From the NCBI GenBank assembly GCA_964057225.1, contig OZ059900.1, positions 9,114,001-9,178,000 of the forward strand: DNA of 64,000 nt, in the 5' to 3' direction. A model generated the notes under the pieces. That model worked only from the letters and a program-made list of their open reading frames with translations. It was not told the origin of the DNA and ran no database searches. Of this stretch, positions 15,001-28,869 are shown in pieces. Each line of letters opens with the position of its first letter. Position 1 is the stretch's first letter. This stretch comes from Auanema rhodensis. Taxonomy: Eukaryota; Animalia; Nematoda. A program made the translations under genes and the position numbers.

Positions 15001-18000
15001 AATATGGAATTGTCTATAGTTTTTACTTTTACTTGTGATTCTCTATAGATATTTCCTTCTCTCTGATCATCTTCAGTATTTAATTGTATTGTTTCGAAAC
15101 TTTTTATTTTTGTTGGAATTTCAATCGATATCATGTTTTCCCTATACATGTTGTTTTGAAAATCAATATGGAATTGTCTATAGTTTTTACTTTTACTTGT
15201 GATTCTCTATAGATATTTCCTTCTCTCTGATCATCTTCAGTATTTAATTGTATTGTTTCGAAACTTTTTATTTTTGTTGGAATTTCAATCGATATCATGT
15301 TTTCCCTATACATGTTGTTTTGAAAATCAATATGGAATTATCAATAGTTTTTACTTTCACTTGTGATTCTATATAGATATTTCCTTCTCTCTGATCATCT
15401 TCAGTATTTAATTGTATTGTTTCGAAACTTTTTATTTTTGTTGGAATTTCAATCGATATCATGTTTTCCCTGTACATGTTGTTTTGAAAATCAATATGGA
15501 ATTGTCTATAGTTTTTACTTTTACTTGTGATTCTATATAGATATTTCCTTCTCTCTGATCATCTTCAGTATTTAATTGTATTGTTTCGAAACTTTTTATT
15601 TTTGTTGGAATTTCAATCGATATCATGTTTTCCCTATACATGTTGTTTTGAAAATCAATATGGAATTATCAATAGTTTTTACTTTTACTTGTGATTCTCT
15701 ATAGATATTTGCTTCTCTCTGATCATCTTCAGTATTTAATTGTATTGTTTCGAAACTTTTTATTTTTGTTGGAATTTCAATCGATATCATGTTTTCCCTA
15801 TACATGTTGTTTTGAAAATCAATATGGAATTGTCTATAGTTTTTACTTTTACTTGTGATTCTATATAGATATTTCCTTCTCTCTGATCATCTTCAGTATT
15901 TAATTGTATTGTTTCGAAACTTTTTATTTTTGTTGGAATTTCAATCGATATCATGTTTTCCCTATACATGTTGTTTTGAAAATCAATATGGAATTATCAA
16001 TAGTTTTTACTTTTACTTGTGATTCTCTATAGATATTTGCTTCTCTCTGATCATCTTCAGTATTTAATTGTATTGTTTCGAAACTTTTTATTTTTGTTGG
16101 AATTTCAATCGATATCATGTTTTCCCTATACATGTTGTTTTGAAAATCAATATGGAATTATCAATAGTTTTTACTTTCACTTGTGATTCTATATAGATAT
16201 TTCCTTCTCTCTGATCATCTTCAGTATTTAATTGTATTGTTTCGAAACTTTTTATTTTTGTTGGAATTTCAATCGATATCATGTTTTCCCTATACATGTT
16301 GTTTTGAAAATCAATATGGAATTATCAATAGTTTTTACTTTTACTTGTGATTCTCTATAGATATTTGCTTCTCTCTGATCATCTTCAGTATTTAATTGTA
16401 TTGTTTCGAAACTTTTTATTTTTGTTGGAATTTCAATCGATATCATGTTTTCCCTATACATGTTGTTTTGAAAATCAATATGGAATTATCAATAGTTTTT
16501 ACTTTTACTTGTGATTCTCTATAGATATTTGCTTCTCTCTGATCATCTTCAGTATTTAATTGTATTGTTTCGAAACTTTTTATTTTTGTTGGAATTTCAA
16601 TCGATATCATGTTTTCCCTATACATGTTGTTTTGAAAATCAATATGGAATTATCAATAGTTTTTACTTTTACTTGTGATTCTCTATAGATATTTGCTTCT
16701 CTCTGATCATCTTCAGTATTTAATTGTATTGTTTCGAAACTTTTTATTTTTGTTGGAATTTCAATCGATATCATGTTTTCCCTATACATGTTGTTTTGAA
16801 AATCAATATGGAATTATCAATAGTTTTTACTTTTACTTGTGATTCTCTATAGATATTTGCTTCTCTCTGATCATCTTCAGTATTTAATTGTATTGTTTCG
16901 AAACTTTTTATTTTTGTTGGAATTTCAATCGATATCATGTTTTCCCTATACATGTTGTTTTGAAAATCAATATGGAATTGTCTATAGTTTTTACTTTTAC
17001 TTGTGATTCTATATAGATATTTCCTTCTCTCTGATCATCTTCAGTATTTAATTGTATTGTTTCGAAACTTTTTATTTTTGTTGGAATTTCAATCGATATC
17101 ATGTTTTCCCTATACATGTTGTTTTGAAAATCAATATGGAATTATCAATAGTTTTTACTTTCACTTGTGATTCAATATAGATATTTCCTTCTCTCTGATC
17201 ATCTTCAGTATTTAATTGTATTGTTTCGAAACTTTTTATTTTTGTTGGAATTTCAATCGATATCATGTTTTCCCTATACATGTTGTTTTGAAAATCAATA
17301 TGGAATTGTCTATAGTTTTTACTTTTACTTGTGATTCTATATAGATATTTCCTTCTCTCTGATCATCTTCAGTATTTAATTGTATTGTTTCGAAACTTTT
17401 TATTTTTGTTGGAATTTCAATCGATATCATGTTTTCCCTATACATGTTGTTTTGAAAATCAATATGGAATTATCAATAGTTTTTACTTTTACTTGTGATT
17501 CTCTATAGATATTTGCTTCTCTCTGATCATCTTCAGTATTTAATTGTATTGTTTCGAAACTTTTTATTTTTGTTGGAATTTCAATCGATATCATGTTTTC
17601 CCTATACATGTTGTTTTGAAAATCAATATGGAATTGTCTATAGTTTTTACTTTTACTTGTGATTCTATATAGATATTTCCTTCTCTCTGATCATCTTCAG
17701 TATTTAATTGTATTGTTTCGAAACTTTTTATTTTTGTTGGAATTTCAATCGATATCATGTTTTCCCTATACATGTTGTTTTGAAAATCAATATGGAATTA
17801 TCAATAGTTTTTACTTTTACTTGTGATTCTCTATAGATATTTGCTTCTCTCTGATCATCTTCAGTATTTAATTGTATTGTTTCGAAACTTTTTATTTTTG
17901 TTGGAATTTCAATCGATATCATGTTTTCCCTATACATGTTGTTTTGAAAATCAATATGGAATTATCAATAGTTTTTACTTTCACTTGTGATTCTATATAG

Positions 18001-21000
18001 ATATTTCCTTCTCTCTGATCATCTTCAGTATTTAATTGTATTGTTTCGAAACTTTTTATTTTTGTTGGAATTTCAATCGATATCATGTTTTCCCTATACA
18101 TGTTGTTTTGAAAATCAATATGGAATTGTCTATAGTTTTTACTTTTACTTGTGATTCTATATAGATATTTCCTTCTCTCTGATCATCTTCAGTATTTAAT
18201 TGTATTGTTTCGAAACTTTTTATTTTTGTTGGAATTTCAATCGATATCATGTTTTCCCTATACATGTTGTTTTGAAAATCAATATGGAATTATCAATAGT
18301 TTTTACTTTCACTTGTGATTCTATATAGATATTTCCTTCTCTCTGATCATCTTCAGTATTTAATTGTATTGTTTCGAAACTTTTTATTTTTGTTGGAATT
18401 TCAATCGATATCATGTTTTCCCTATACATGTTGTTTTGAAAATCAATATGGAATTGTCTATAGTTTTTACTTTTACTTGTGATTCTATATAGATATTTCC
18501 TTCTCTCTGATCATCTTCAGTATTTAATTGTATTGTTTCGAAACTTTTTATTTTTGTTGGAATTTCAATCGATATCATGTTTTCCCTATACATGTTGTTT
18601 TGAAAATCAATATGGAATTGTCTATAGTTTTTACTTTCACTTGTGATTCTATATAGATATTTCCTTCTCTCTGATCATCTTCAGTATTTAATTGTATTGT
18701 TTCGAAACTTTTTATTTTTGTTGGAATTTCAATCGATATCATGTTTTCCCTATACATGTTGTTTTGAAAATCAATATGGAATTATCAATAGTTTTTACTT
18801 TCACTTGTGATTCTATATAGATATTTCCTTCTCTCTGATCATCTTCAGTATTTAATTGTATTGTTTCGAAACTTTTTATTTTTGTTGGAATTTCAATCGA
18901 TATCATGTTTTCCCTATACATGTTGTTTTGAAAATCAATATGGAATTGTCTATAGTTTTTACTTTTACTTGTGATTCTATATAGATATTTCCTTCTCTCT
19001 GATCATCTTCAGTATTTAATTGTATTGTTTCGAAACTTTTTATTTTTGTTGGAATTTCAATCGATATCATGTTTTCCCTATACATGTTGTTTTGAAAATC
19101 AATATGGAATTATCAATAGTTTTTACTTTCACTTGTGATTCTATATAGATATTTCCTTCTCTCTGATCATCTTCAGTATTTAATTGTATTGTTTCGAAAC
19201 TTTTTATTTTTGTTGGAATTTCAATCGATATCATGTTTTCCCTATACATGTTGTTTTGAAAATCAATATGGAATTGTCTATAGTTTTTACTTTTACTTGT
19301 GATTCTATATAGATATTTCCTTCTCTCTGATCATCTTCAGTATTTAATTGTATTGTTTCGAAACTTTTTATTTTTGTTGGAATTTCAATCGATATCATGT
19401 TTTCCCTATACATGTTGTTTTGAAAATCAATATGGAATTATCAATAGTTTTTACTTTTACTTGTGATTCTCTATAGATATTTGCTTCTCTCTGATCATCT
19501 TCAGTATTTAATTGTATTGTTTCGAAACTTTTTATTTTTGTTGGAATTTCAATCGATATCATGTTTTCCCTATACATGTTGTTTTGAAAATCAATATGGA
19601 ATTGTCTATAGTTTTTACTTTTACTTGTGATTCTATATAGATATTTCCTTCTCTCTGATCATCTTCAGTATTTAATTGTATTGTTTCGAAACTTTTTATT
19701 TTTGTTGGAATTTCAATCGATATCATGTTTTCCCTATACATGTTGTTTTGAAAATCAATATGGAATTGTCTATAGTTTTTACTTTTACTTGTGATTCTAT
19801 ATAGATATTTCCTTCTCTCTGATCATCTTCAGTATTTAATTGTATTGTTTCGAAACTTTTTATTTTTGTTGGAATTTCAATCGATATCATGTTTTCCCTA
19901 TACATGTTGTTTTGAAAATCAATATGGAATTGTCTATAGTTTTTACTTTTACTTGTGATTCTATATAGATATTTCCTTCTCTCTGATCATCTTCAGTATT
20001 TAATTGTATTGTTTCGAAACTTTTTATTTTTGTTGGAATTTCAATCGATATCATGTTTTCCCTATACATGTTGTTTTGAAAATCAATATGGAATTATCAA
20101 TAGTTTTTACTTTCACTTGTGATTCTATATAGATATTTCCTTCTCTCTGATCATCTTCAGTATTTAATTGTATTGTTTCGAAACTTTTTATTTTTGTTGG
20201 AATTTCAATCGATATCATGTTTTCCCTATACATGTTGTTTTGAAAATCAATATGGAATTATCAATAGTTTTTACTTTCACTTGTGATTCTATATAGATAT
20301 TTCCTTCTCTCTGATCATCTTCAGTATTTAATTGTATTGTTTCGAAACTTTTTATTTTTGTTGGAATTTCAATCGATATCATGTTTTCCCTATACATGTT
20401 GTTTTGAAAATCAATATGGAATTATCAATAGTTTTTACTTTCACTTGTGATTCTATATAGATATTTCCTTCTCTCTGATCATCTTCAGTATTTAATTGTA
20501 TTGTTTCGAAACTTTTTATTTTTGTTGGAATTTCAATCGATATCATGTTTTCCCTATACATGTTGTTTTGAAAATCAATATGGAATTATCAATAGTTTTT
20601 ACTTTCACTTGTGATTCTATATAGATATTTCCTTCTCTCTGATCATCTTCAGTATTTAATTGTATTGTTTCGAAACTTTTTATTTTTGTTGGAATTTCAA
20701 TCGATATCATGTTTTCCCTATACATGTTGTTTTGAAAATCAATATGGAATTATCAATAGTTTTTACTTTCACTTGTGATTCTATATAGATATTTCCTTCT
20801 CTCTGATCATCTTCAGTATTTAATTGTATTGTTTCGAAACTTTTTATTTTTGTTGGAATTTCAATCGATATCATGTTTTCCCTATACATGTTGTTTTGAA
20901 AATCAATATGGAATTGTCTATAGTTTTTACTTTTACTTGTGATTCTATATAGATATTTCCTTCTCTCTGATCATCTTCAGTATTTAATTGTATTGTTTCG

Positions 21001-24000
21001 AAACTTTTTATTTTTGTTGGAATTTCAATCGATATCATGTTTTCCCTATACATGTTGTTTTGAAAATCAATATGGAATTATCAATAGTTTTTACTTTTAC
21101 TTGTGATTCTCTATAGATATTTGCTTCTCTCTGATCATCTTCAGTATTTAATTGTATTGTTTCGAAACTTTTTATTTTTGTTGGAATTTCAATCGATATC
21201 ATGTTTTCCCTATACATGTTGTTTTGAAAATCAATATGGAATTGTCTATAGTTTTTACTTTTACTTGTGATTCTATATAGATATTTCCTTCTCTCTGATC
21301 ATCTTCAGTATTTAATTGTATTGTTTCGAAACTTTTTATTTTTGTTGGAATTTCAATCGATATCATGTTTTCCCTATACATGTTGTTTTGAAAATCAATA
21401 TGGAATTATCAATAGTTTTTACTTTTACTTGTGATTCTCTATAGATATTTCCTTCTCTCTGATCATCTTCAGTATTTAATTGTATTGTTTCGAAACTTTT
21501 TATTTTTGTTGGAATTTCAATCGATATCATATTTTCCCTATACCTGTTGTTTTGAAAATCAATATGGAATTATCAATAGTTTTTACTTTTACTTGTGATT
21601 CTCTATAGATATTCGCTTCTCTCTGATCATCTTCAGTATTTAATTGTTTTGTTTCGAAACTTTTTATTTTTGTTGGAATTTCAATCGATATCATGTTTTC
21701 CCTATACATGTTGTTTTGAAAATCAATATGGAATTATCAATAGTTTTTACTTTTACTTGTGATTCTCTATAGATATTCGCTTCTCTCTGATCATCTTCAG
21801 TATTTAATTGTATTGTTTCGAAACTTTTTATTTTTGTTGGAATTTCAATCGATATCATGTTTTCCCTATACATGTTGTTTTGAAAATCAATATGGAATTA
21901 TCAATAGTTTTTACTTTTACTTGTGATTCTATATAGATATTCGCTTCTCTCTGATCATCTTCAGTATTTAATTGTATTGTTTCGAAACTTTTTATTTTTG
22001 TTGGAATTTCAATCGATATCATGTTTTCCCTATACATGTTGTTTTGAAAATCAATATGGAATTATCAATAGTTTTTACTTTTACTTGTGATTCTCTATAG
22101 ATATTCGCTTCTCTCTGATCATCTTCAGTATTTAATTGTATTGTTTCGAAACTTTTTATTTTTGTTGGAATTTCAATCGATATCATGTTTTCCCTATACA
22201 TGTTGTTTTGAAAATCAATATGGAATTATCAATAGTTTTTACTTTTACTTGTGATTCTCTATAGATATTCGCTTCTCTCTGATCATCTTCAGTATTTAAT
22301 TGTATTGTTTCGAAACTTTTTATTTTTGTTGGAATTTCAATCGATATCATGTTTTCCCTATACATGTTGTTTTGAAAATCAATATGGAATTATCAATAGT
22401 TTTTACTTTTACTTGTGATTCTATATAGATATTTCCTTCTCTTTAATCATCTTAAGTATTGAATTGTATTGTTTCGAAACTTTTTATTTTTGTTGGAATT
22501 TCAATCGATATCATGTTTTCCCTATACATGTTGTTTTGAAAATCAATATGGAATTATCAATAGTTTTTACTTTTACTTGTGATTCTCTATAGATATTTGC
22601 TTCTCTCTGATCATCTTCAGTATTTAATTGTATTGTTTCGAAAATTTTAATTTTTGTTGGAATTTCAATCGATATCATCTTTTACCTATACATGTTGTTT
22701 TGAAAATCAATATGGAATTATCAATAGTTTTTACTTTTACTTGTGATTCTCTATAGATATTTGCTTCTCTCTGATCATCTTCAGTATTTAATTGTATTGT
22801 TTCGAAACTTTTTATTTTTGTTGGAATTTCAATCGATATCATGTTTTCCCTATACATGTTGTTTTGAAAATCAATATGGAATTGTCTATAGTTTTTACTT
22901 TTACTTGTGATTCTATATAGATATTTCCTTCTCTCTGATCATCTTCAGTATTTAATTGTATTGTTTCGAAAATTTTTATTTTTGTTGGAATTTCAATCGA
23001 TATCATGGTTTCCCTATACATGTTGTTTTGAAAATCAATATGGAATTGTCTATAGTTTTTACTTTTACTTGTGATTCTATATAGATATTTCCTTCTCTCT
23101 GATCATCTTCAGTATTTAATTGTATTGTTTCGAAAATTTTTATTTTTGTTGGAATTTCAATCGATATCATCTTTTACCTATACATGTTGTTTTGAAAATC
23201 AATATGGAATTGTCTATAGTTTTTACTTTTACTTGTGATTCTATATAGATATTTCCTTCTCTCTGATCATCTTCAGTATTTAATTGTATTGTTTCGAAAA
23301 TTTTTATTTTTGTTGGAATTTCAATCGATATCATGTTTTCCCTATACATGTTGTTTTGAAAATCAATATGGAATTGTCTATAGTTTTTACTTTTACTTGT
23401 GATTCTATATAGATATTTCCTTCTCTCTGATCATCTTCAGTATTTAATTGTATTGTTTCGAAAATTTTTATTTTTGTTGGAATTTCAATCGATATCATCT
23501 TTTACCTATACATGTTGTTTTGAAAATCAATATGGAATTGTCTATAGTTTTTACTTTTACTTGTGATTCTATATAGATATTTCCTTCTCTCTGATCATCT
23601 TCAGTATTTAATTGTATTGTTTCGAAACTTTTTATTTTTGTTGGAATTTCAATCGATATCATGTTTTCCCTATACATGTTGTTTTGAAAATCAATATGGA
23701 ATTGTCTATAGTTTTTACTTTTACTTGTGATTCTATATAGATATTTCCTTCTCTCTGATCATCTTCAGTATTTAATTGTATTGTTTCGAAACTTTTTATT
23801 TTTGTTGGAATTTCAATCGATATCATCTTTTACCTATACATGTTGTTTTGAAAATCAATATGGAATTATCAATAGTTTTTACTTTTACTTGTGATTCTCT
23901 ATAGATATTTGCTTCTCTCTGATCATCTTCAGTATTTAATTGTATTGTTTCGAAACTTTTTATTTTTGTTGGAATTTCAATCGATATCATGTTTTCCCTA

Positions 24001-24944
24001 TACATGTTGTTTTGAAAATCAATATGGAATTATCAATAGTTTTTACTTTTACTTGTGATTCTATATAGATATTTCCTTCTCTTTAATCATCTTAAGTATT
24101 GAATTGTATTGTTTCGAAACTTTTTATTTTTGTTGGAATTTCAATCGATATCATCTTTTACCTATACATGTTGTTTTGAAAATCAATATGGAATTATCAA
24201 TAGTTTTTACTTTTACTTGTGATTCTCTATAGATATTTGCTTCTCTCTGATCATCTTCAGTATTTAATTGTATTGTTTCGAAAATTTTAATTTTTGTTGG
24301 AATTTCAATCGATATCATGTTTCCCCTATACATGTTGTTTTGAAAATCAATATGGAATTATCAATAGTTTTTACTTTTACTTGTGATTCTATATAGATAT
24401 TTCCTTCTCTTTAATCATCTTGAGTATTGAATTGTATTGTTTCGAAAATTTTAATTTTTGTTGGAATTTCAATCGATATCATGTTTTCCCTATACATGTT
24501 GTTTTGAAAATCAATATGGAATTATCAATAGTTTTTACTTTTACTTGTGATTCTCTATAGATATTTGCTTCTCTCTGATCATCTTCAGTATTTAATTGTA
24601 TTGTTTCGAAACTTTTTATTTTTGTTGGAATTTCAATTGATATCATGTTTTCCCTATACATGTTGTTTTGAAAATCAATATGGAATTATCAATAGTTTTT
24701 ACTTTTACTTGTGATTCTCTATAGATATTTGCTTCTCTCTGATCATCTTCAGTATTTAATTGTATTGTTTCGAAACTTTTTATTTTTGTTGGAATTTCAA
24801 TCGATATCATGTTTTCCCTATACATGTTGTTTTGAAAATCAATATGGAATTATCAATAGTTTTTACTTTTACTTGTGATTATCTATAGATATTTCCTTCT
24901 CTCTGATCATCTTCATTATTGAATTGAATTGTTCTGAAACTTTT
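1..24944 (-). repeat. 164-bp tandem satellite, array 1 (~152 units, T-rich on +; runs off the left edge)
   Basis: The TTGTTT(C/T)GAA register recurs at 1, 821, 14761 and 24601, all exact multiples of 164 apart. ORF-track hits are spaced 164 bp apart. The array is the reverse complement of arrays 2 and 3. Confidence 0.99.
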
Positions 24945-25084
24945 CTGTTTGTTATGCTGGAAAAATAAGAAAAAATAAATAAAACTCTATTGTTAGTTGT
25001 TAAAATTTTTTTTGAATACCATAGTCAATATGTGTGTGAAATGGTACTTTTTTTATTACATGGTTCATATTTTATCTATATATA

Positions 25085-25776
25085 CAGTCATGTGCGATGA
25101 AAGTCGGACACCCACTAGAAACCCTTATATCTGACAAGACAAACTACAAAAATTCAGAAAAAAAATATTTTGAATGTTAAAAAACGATAATGGATTCAGA
25201 AAAAATCTTTAAAGTTTTAAAAATCATGTTTTAAAGTCTTTTCTGAAGTCTTCGAAATTTTCATAAACTGCTTGAAGTCTTCTTTCTTGAATTTCAGAAG
25301 TTTCATTAAGATTTCAGAAATAATTTTTTGATAGAATGTTAAGAGTACACTAAACGTCTATTTTTCTTTTGAACAGGAGAATTTTTTTGTACGTCAACCA
25401 AGTTCTCTTCATAGATATTCAGTAAGATTCAGATGCTGAAGCTTACTTGTTTGAAGCTATGCCATAGGAAAAACTTAGTTATTGATTGAGCTTTCTGCTC
25501 AGAATGATTTAAAGATATTTCTAATGAAGTAACTTCTTCCTAATCTCAAATTTTGTTATATTAAGATGAATTATTCAAAATAGTCAAAAAACACTAAATT
25601 TCCTTATAAATTTAGAAAATAATATTGAAATCAGTATATCAACATATATTTTGACTAAATATAAACTATATGAACTCGCAAAATTTTTGAAATTAAAAAA
25701 AATTTTTTTTTGTAGTTTGAGGGGGTTTTCTGGGGCTTCTAACATAGGGGTGTCCGATTTTCATCGCACATGACTG
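25085..25776 (-). mobile_element. Internally deleted, non-autonomous Tc1/mariner-family element (692 bp), left-arm copy
   Basis: 29-bp TIRs CAGTCATGTGCGATGAAA(G/A)TCGGACACCC with TA flanking both ends (25083-84, 25777-78). It contains a degenerate Tc1 transposase C-terminal remnant (see the mirror copy). Confidence 0.9.
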
Positions 25777-26528
25777 TACATGTATATATGTATAATGATA
25801 TTCTGATTGTAAGATTCTATAACTGAAAACTGAAGAATTGAGAAATTCGGTGATGGTCGATGTAGTTTTGTAAAAAAGTATCGGTTCCATCAAAAACATT
25901 GAGGGAGATCGTTAAGAGTTATTGTGAAGTTATAGAATCTTAGCAAAAATAAACTTGAAAAGTCATTTGAACTCATCGCAAAAACACAACCACAACACAG
26001 ATAAATGAAAAACAATTGGGATCAAACTCTGAAAAGAAAAAAACAAATATTACAATAATTACGGAATATCATATGTATTTGATTTATGTTTTTAAATTTA
26101 AAAAGACTAAATGGAACTATACTATCGTGAGAAGACGTGTCTAAATATTTTTTGTTCAACTTCTTTGGCCGTTGGGGAAGAATAAACGTTCTTATCGAAT
26201 TAACCTTCGATATGTGTTCTGTGTGAGGCCAGCCAAATCGTTTAAGCAGAAATATTAATTATACCCTAATATTCAAGACCCTATTATTCTAATTTTGGAT
26301 TCTCACTATCTATTAGTGAGGAAAATAAAAAGAATCTGATTCAGATAAGAGTTCATTCCAACATGAATTTCGACATTCTATTAGGATCCCCGATGGTTCT
26401 AATCCGCGGGAAGTCCAGATAGACTAAAAGAGAAATAGTGTACGTAACACAAGGCATATTAATAGTTTATCATATATGTAGTATGAATTATCTTATTATA
26501 TATTTTATATTTTATAGTTAATTCATAT

Positions 26529-26600
26529 AACATCTTAGTATAATGGTTGTATTTCAGTTATAGTAAGGTGCACTCGTAGGTTCAAATCCTACAGTGATAT
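26529..26600 (+). pseudogene. tRNA-derived sequence (Pol III A/B boxes; tRNA pseudogene or SINE head)
   Basis: A-box-like TAGTATAATGG at 26536. Perfect T-arm GTAGG-TTCAAAT-CCTAC at 26576-26592 at tRNA spacing. The acceptor stem does not pair well. Confidence 0.6.
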
Positions 26601-26611
26601 CAAAGAAAATA

Positions 26612-26705
26612 TAAAATATCTCTCTCTCTCTAAAATATAAATCTCTCTCTCTAAAATATAAATCTCTCTCTCTAATATATAAATCTCTCTCTAATATACA
26701 TCTCT
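26612..26705 (+). repeat. ~21-bp minisatellite AAAATATAAA(TC)nT, ~5 decaying copies
   Basis: Read directly from the sequence. It sits immediately 3' of the tRNA-like sequence, like a SINE tail. Confidence 0.9.
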
Positions 26706-26857
26706 GTAATCTGACAATGTAGTTGAAGCTGCACTAATCATAATCATAAAGAAAATCTGAAATTCAAATTAATCTCAACTGTAATGTTTTGAAAAAGTTT
26801 TTAATTTCAAATACTCTTGTCGCTCTTCTTATTTGCGATTAAAACATTAATATTATA

Positions 26858-26933
26858 AGCCAAATGGTCAAGTGGTCTGTATGGTTAACGTGAACAAGCA
26901 ACTGCAAAGGTACGATTCCTTTCTGCGTTTTTT
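26858..26933 (+). pseudogene. Second tRNA-like cassette with T6 terminator
   Basis: A-box-like TGGTCAAGTGG at 26865. T-arm AAAGG-TACGATT-CCTTT at 26906-26922. TTTTTT at 26928-26933. Confidence 0.5.
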
Positions 26934-27537
26934 ATGGAAATCAATACCAAATCTAAAATCCAAAAAACGCTCCGATAGATTTCGACCTTGAAAAAGCCAT
27001 TTTTTTGAAATTCAAAAACTAATAACTCTGTTTCAAGTTAATTTTTTCGAAATTTTATTATATTATCTTGTAGCTCAGCAATAGGCCCCTCTTTTCACAA
27101 AAATTCAAAGCTGTATCTCACCTCACTCAGTAGTTATTCTTCTTCAAAACAAACACAAATATTCAAAAACTTGACTTTAAAGGCCGTTATCTCCTTACTC
27201 CTTCAAGTTATCAAAAATTTCTAAACGGATTCTAAACCTACTCAAAAATATCTATCAGATGAACTACTTATATGGATGTTTGAAGCACTTTGAATTTTTG
27301 AAAATACAAGAATTTAGCCATTTTCCAGTTTGATAAATAAAAAATTTGCATTTTCTTTGTTTTGAGTGATGCATCTGAAGCGCATTGAAACGCTGATTCC
27401 AAATATCAAAACCTTAACTTCCAATTTTCACTCTGAAAAGAGTTATGAGGCTTTAAACGTTTTGACGTCAAACATTCAGAAGACTATATCTCCTTTCAGA
27501 CAGCGTTTCAGAGACTCTTAAGTATCAGAATCGTTTT

Positions 27538-28037
27538 CTACTCTATTGATTTCCTTATGTAATCAATTTCAGAACGTTTCCTCAAAATTTACAAATTTCG
27601 ATCAAATCGTTCGATTCCATGTACTCCCCCCTTACCTACTTTTCGACCAAAACTGGCCATCACTCAAAAAATATTTTCAGATTAAATCGATAATTATATG
27701 ATATAATTAGAATCAAAATGATGTTTAAGAGAAAGAATAACATGAATACTCATCTTCAAACTCTTTCATCAGTTGTATCATGGTAACTGATACAACTGAG
27801 GAACTCAAGAGTTTAAAGATGAAGATGTTCATGTTATTCTATCTCTTAAACTTCAGTTTCAATCTAATTATATCATATAATTATCGATTTAAACTGAAAA
27901 AATCTTTTGAGTGATGGCCAGTTTTGGTCGAAAAGTAGGTAAGGGGGGAGTACATGGAATCAGACAATTTGATCGAAATTTGAAAATTTTGAGGAAACGC
28001 TTTGAAACTGATTACATAAGGTTAATCAATGGCGTAA
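27538..28037. repeat. Imperfect palindromic core (foldback/MITE-like hairpin, 7-nt loop)
   Basis: TCAGTTGTATCA-TGGTAAC-TGATACAACTGA at 27769-27799. Manual alignment gives ~22 substitutions plus 7 bp of indels over ~245 bp per arm. Confidence 0.93.
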
Positions 28038-28585
28038 AAAACGATTCTGATACTTAAGAGTCTCTGAAACGCTGTCTGAAAGGAGATATAGTCTTCTGAA
28101 TGTTTGACGTCAAAACGTTTAAAGCCTCATAACTCTTTTCAGAGTGAAAATTGGAAGTTAAGGTTTTCATATTTGGAATCAGCGTTTCAATGCGCTTCAG
28201 ATGCATCACTCAAAACAAAGAAAATGCAAATTTTTTATTTATCAAACTGGAAAATGGCTAAATTCTTGTATTTTCAAAAATTCAAAGTGCTTCAAACATC
28301 CATATAAGTAGTTCATCTGATAGATATTTTTGAGTAGGTTTAGAATCCGTTTAGAAATTTTTGATAACTTGAAGGAGTAAGGAGATAACGGCCTTTAAAG
28401 TCAAGTTTTTGAATATTTGTGTTTGTTTTGAAGAAGAATAACTACTGAGTGAGGTGAGATACAGCTTTGAATTTTTGTGAAAAGAGGGGCCTATTGCTGA
28501 GCTACAAGATAATATAATAAAATTTCGAAAAAATTAACTTGAAACAGAGTTATTAGTTTTTGAATTTCAAAAAAATGGCTTTTTC
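28038..28585 (+). mobile_element. Probable DNA-transposon-derived sequence with recurring GAGWTA..TTTRAA motifs (mirror copy at ~26990-27537)
   Basis: Related motifs GGAGATATAG (28082), GGAGATAACGGCCTTTAAA (28381), GAGATACAGCTTTGAA (28456) and GAGTTATTAGTTTTTGAA (28547). They resemble the subterminal repeats of nematode palindromic DNA elements. Termini not defined. Confidence 0.35.
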
Positions 28586-28641
28586 AAGGTCGAAATCTAT
28601 CGGAGCGTTTTTTGGATTTTAGATTTGGTATTGATTTCCAT

Positions 28642-28717
28642 AAAAAACGCAGAAAGGAATCGTACCTTTGCAGTTGCTTGTTCACGTTAACCATACAGAC
28701 CACTTGACCATTTGGCT
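28642..28717 (-). pseudogene. Mirror copy of the second tRNA-like cassette
   Basis: Reverse complement of 26858-26933. Confidence 0.5.
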
Positions 28718-28869
28718 TATAATATTAATGTTTTAATCGCAAATAAGAAGAGCGACAAGAGTATTTGAAATTAAAAACTTTTTCAAAACATTACAGTTGA
28801 GATTAATTTGAATTTCAGATTTTCTTTATGATTATGATTAGTGCAGCTTCAACTACATTGTCAGATTAC

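Noticed and set aside
1-24944. CRISPR-like array
   Set aside because: The monomers are contiguous with no unique spacers, there are no cas genes, and the context is eukaryotic.
26529-26933. Functional tRNA genes
   Set aside because: Acceptor stems do not pair and no clean anticodon arm could be assigned, so they are kept only as tRNA-like sequences.
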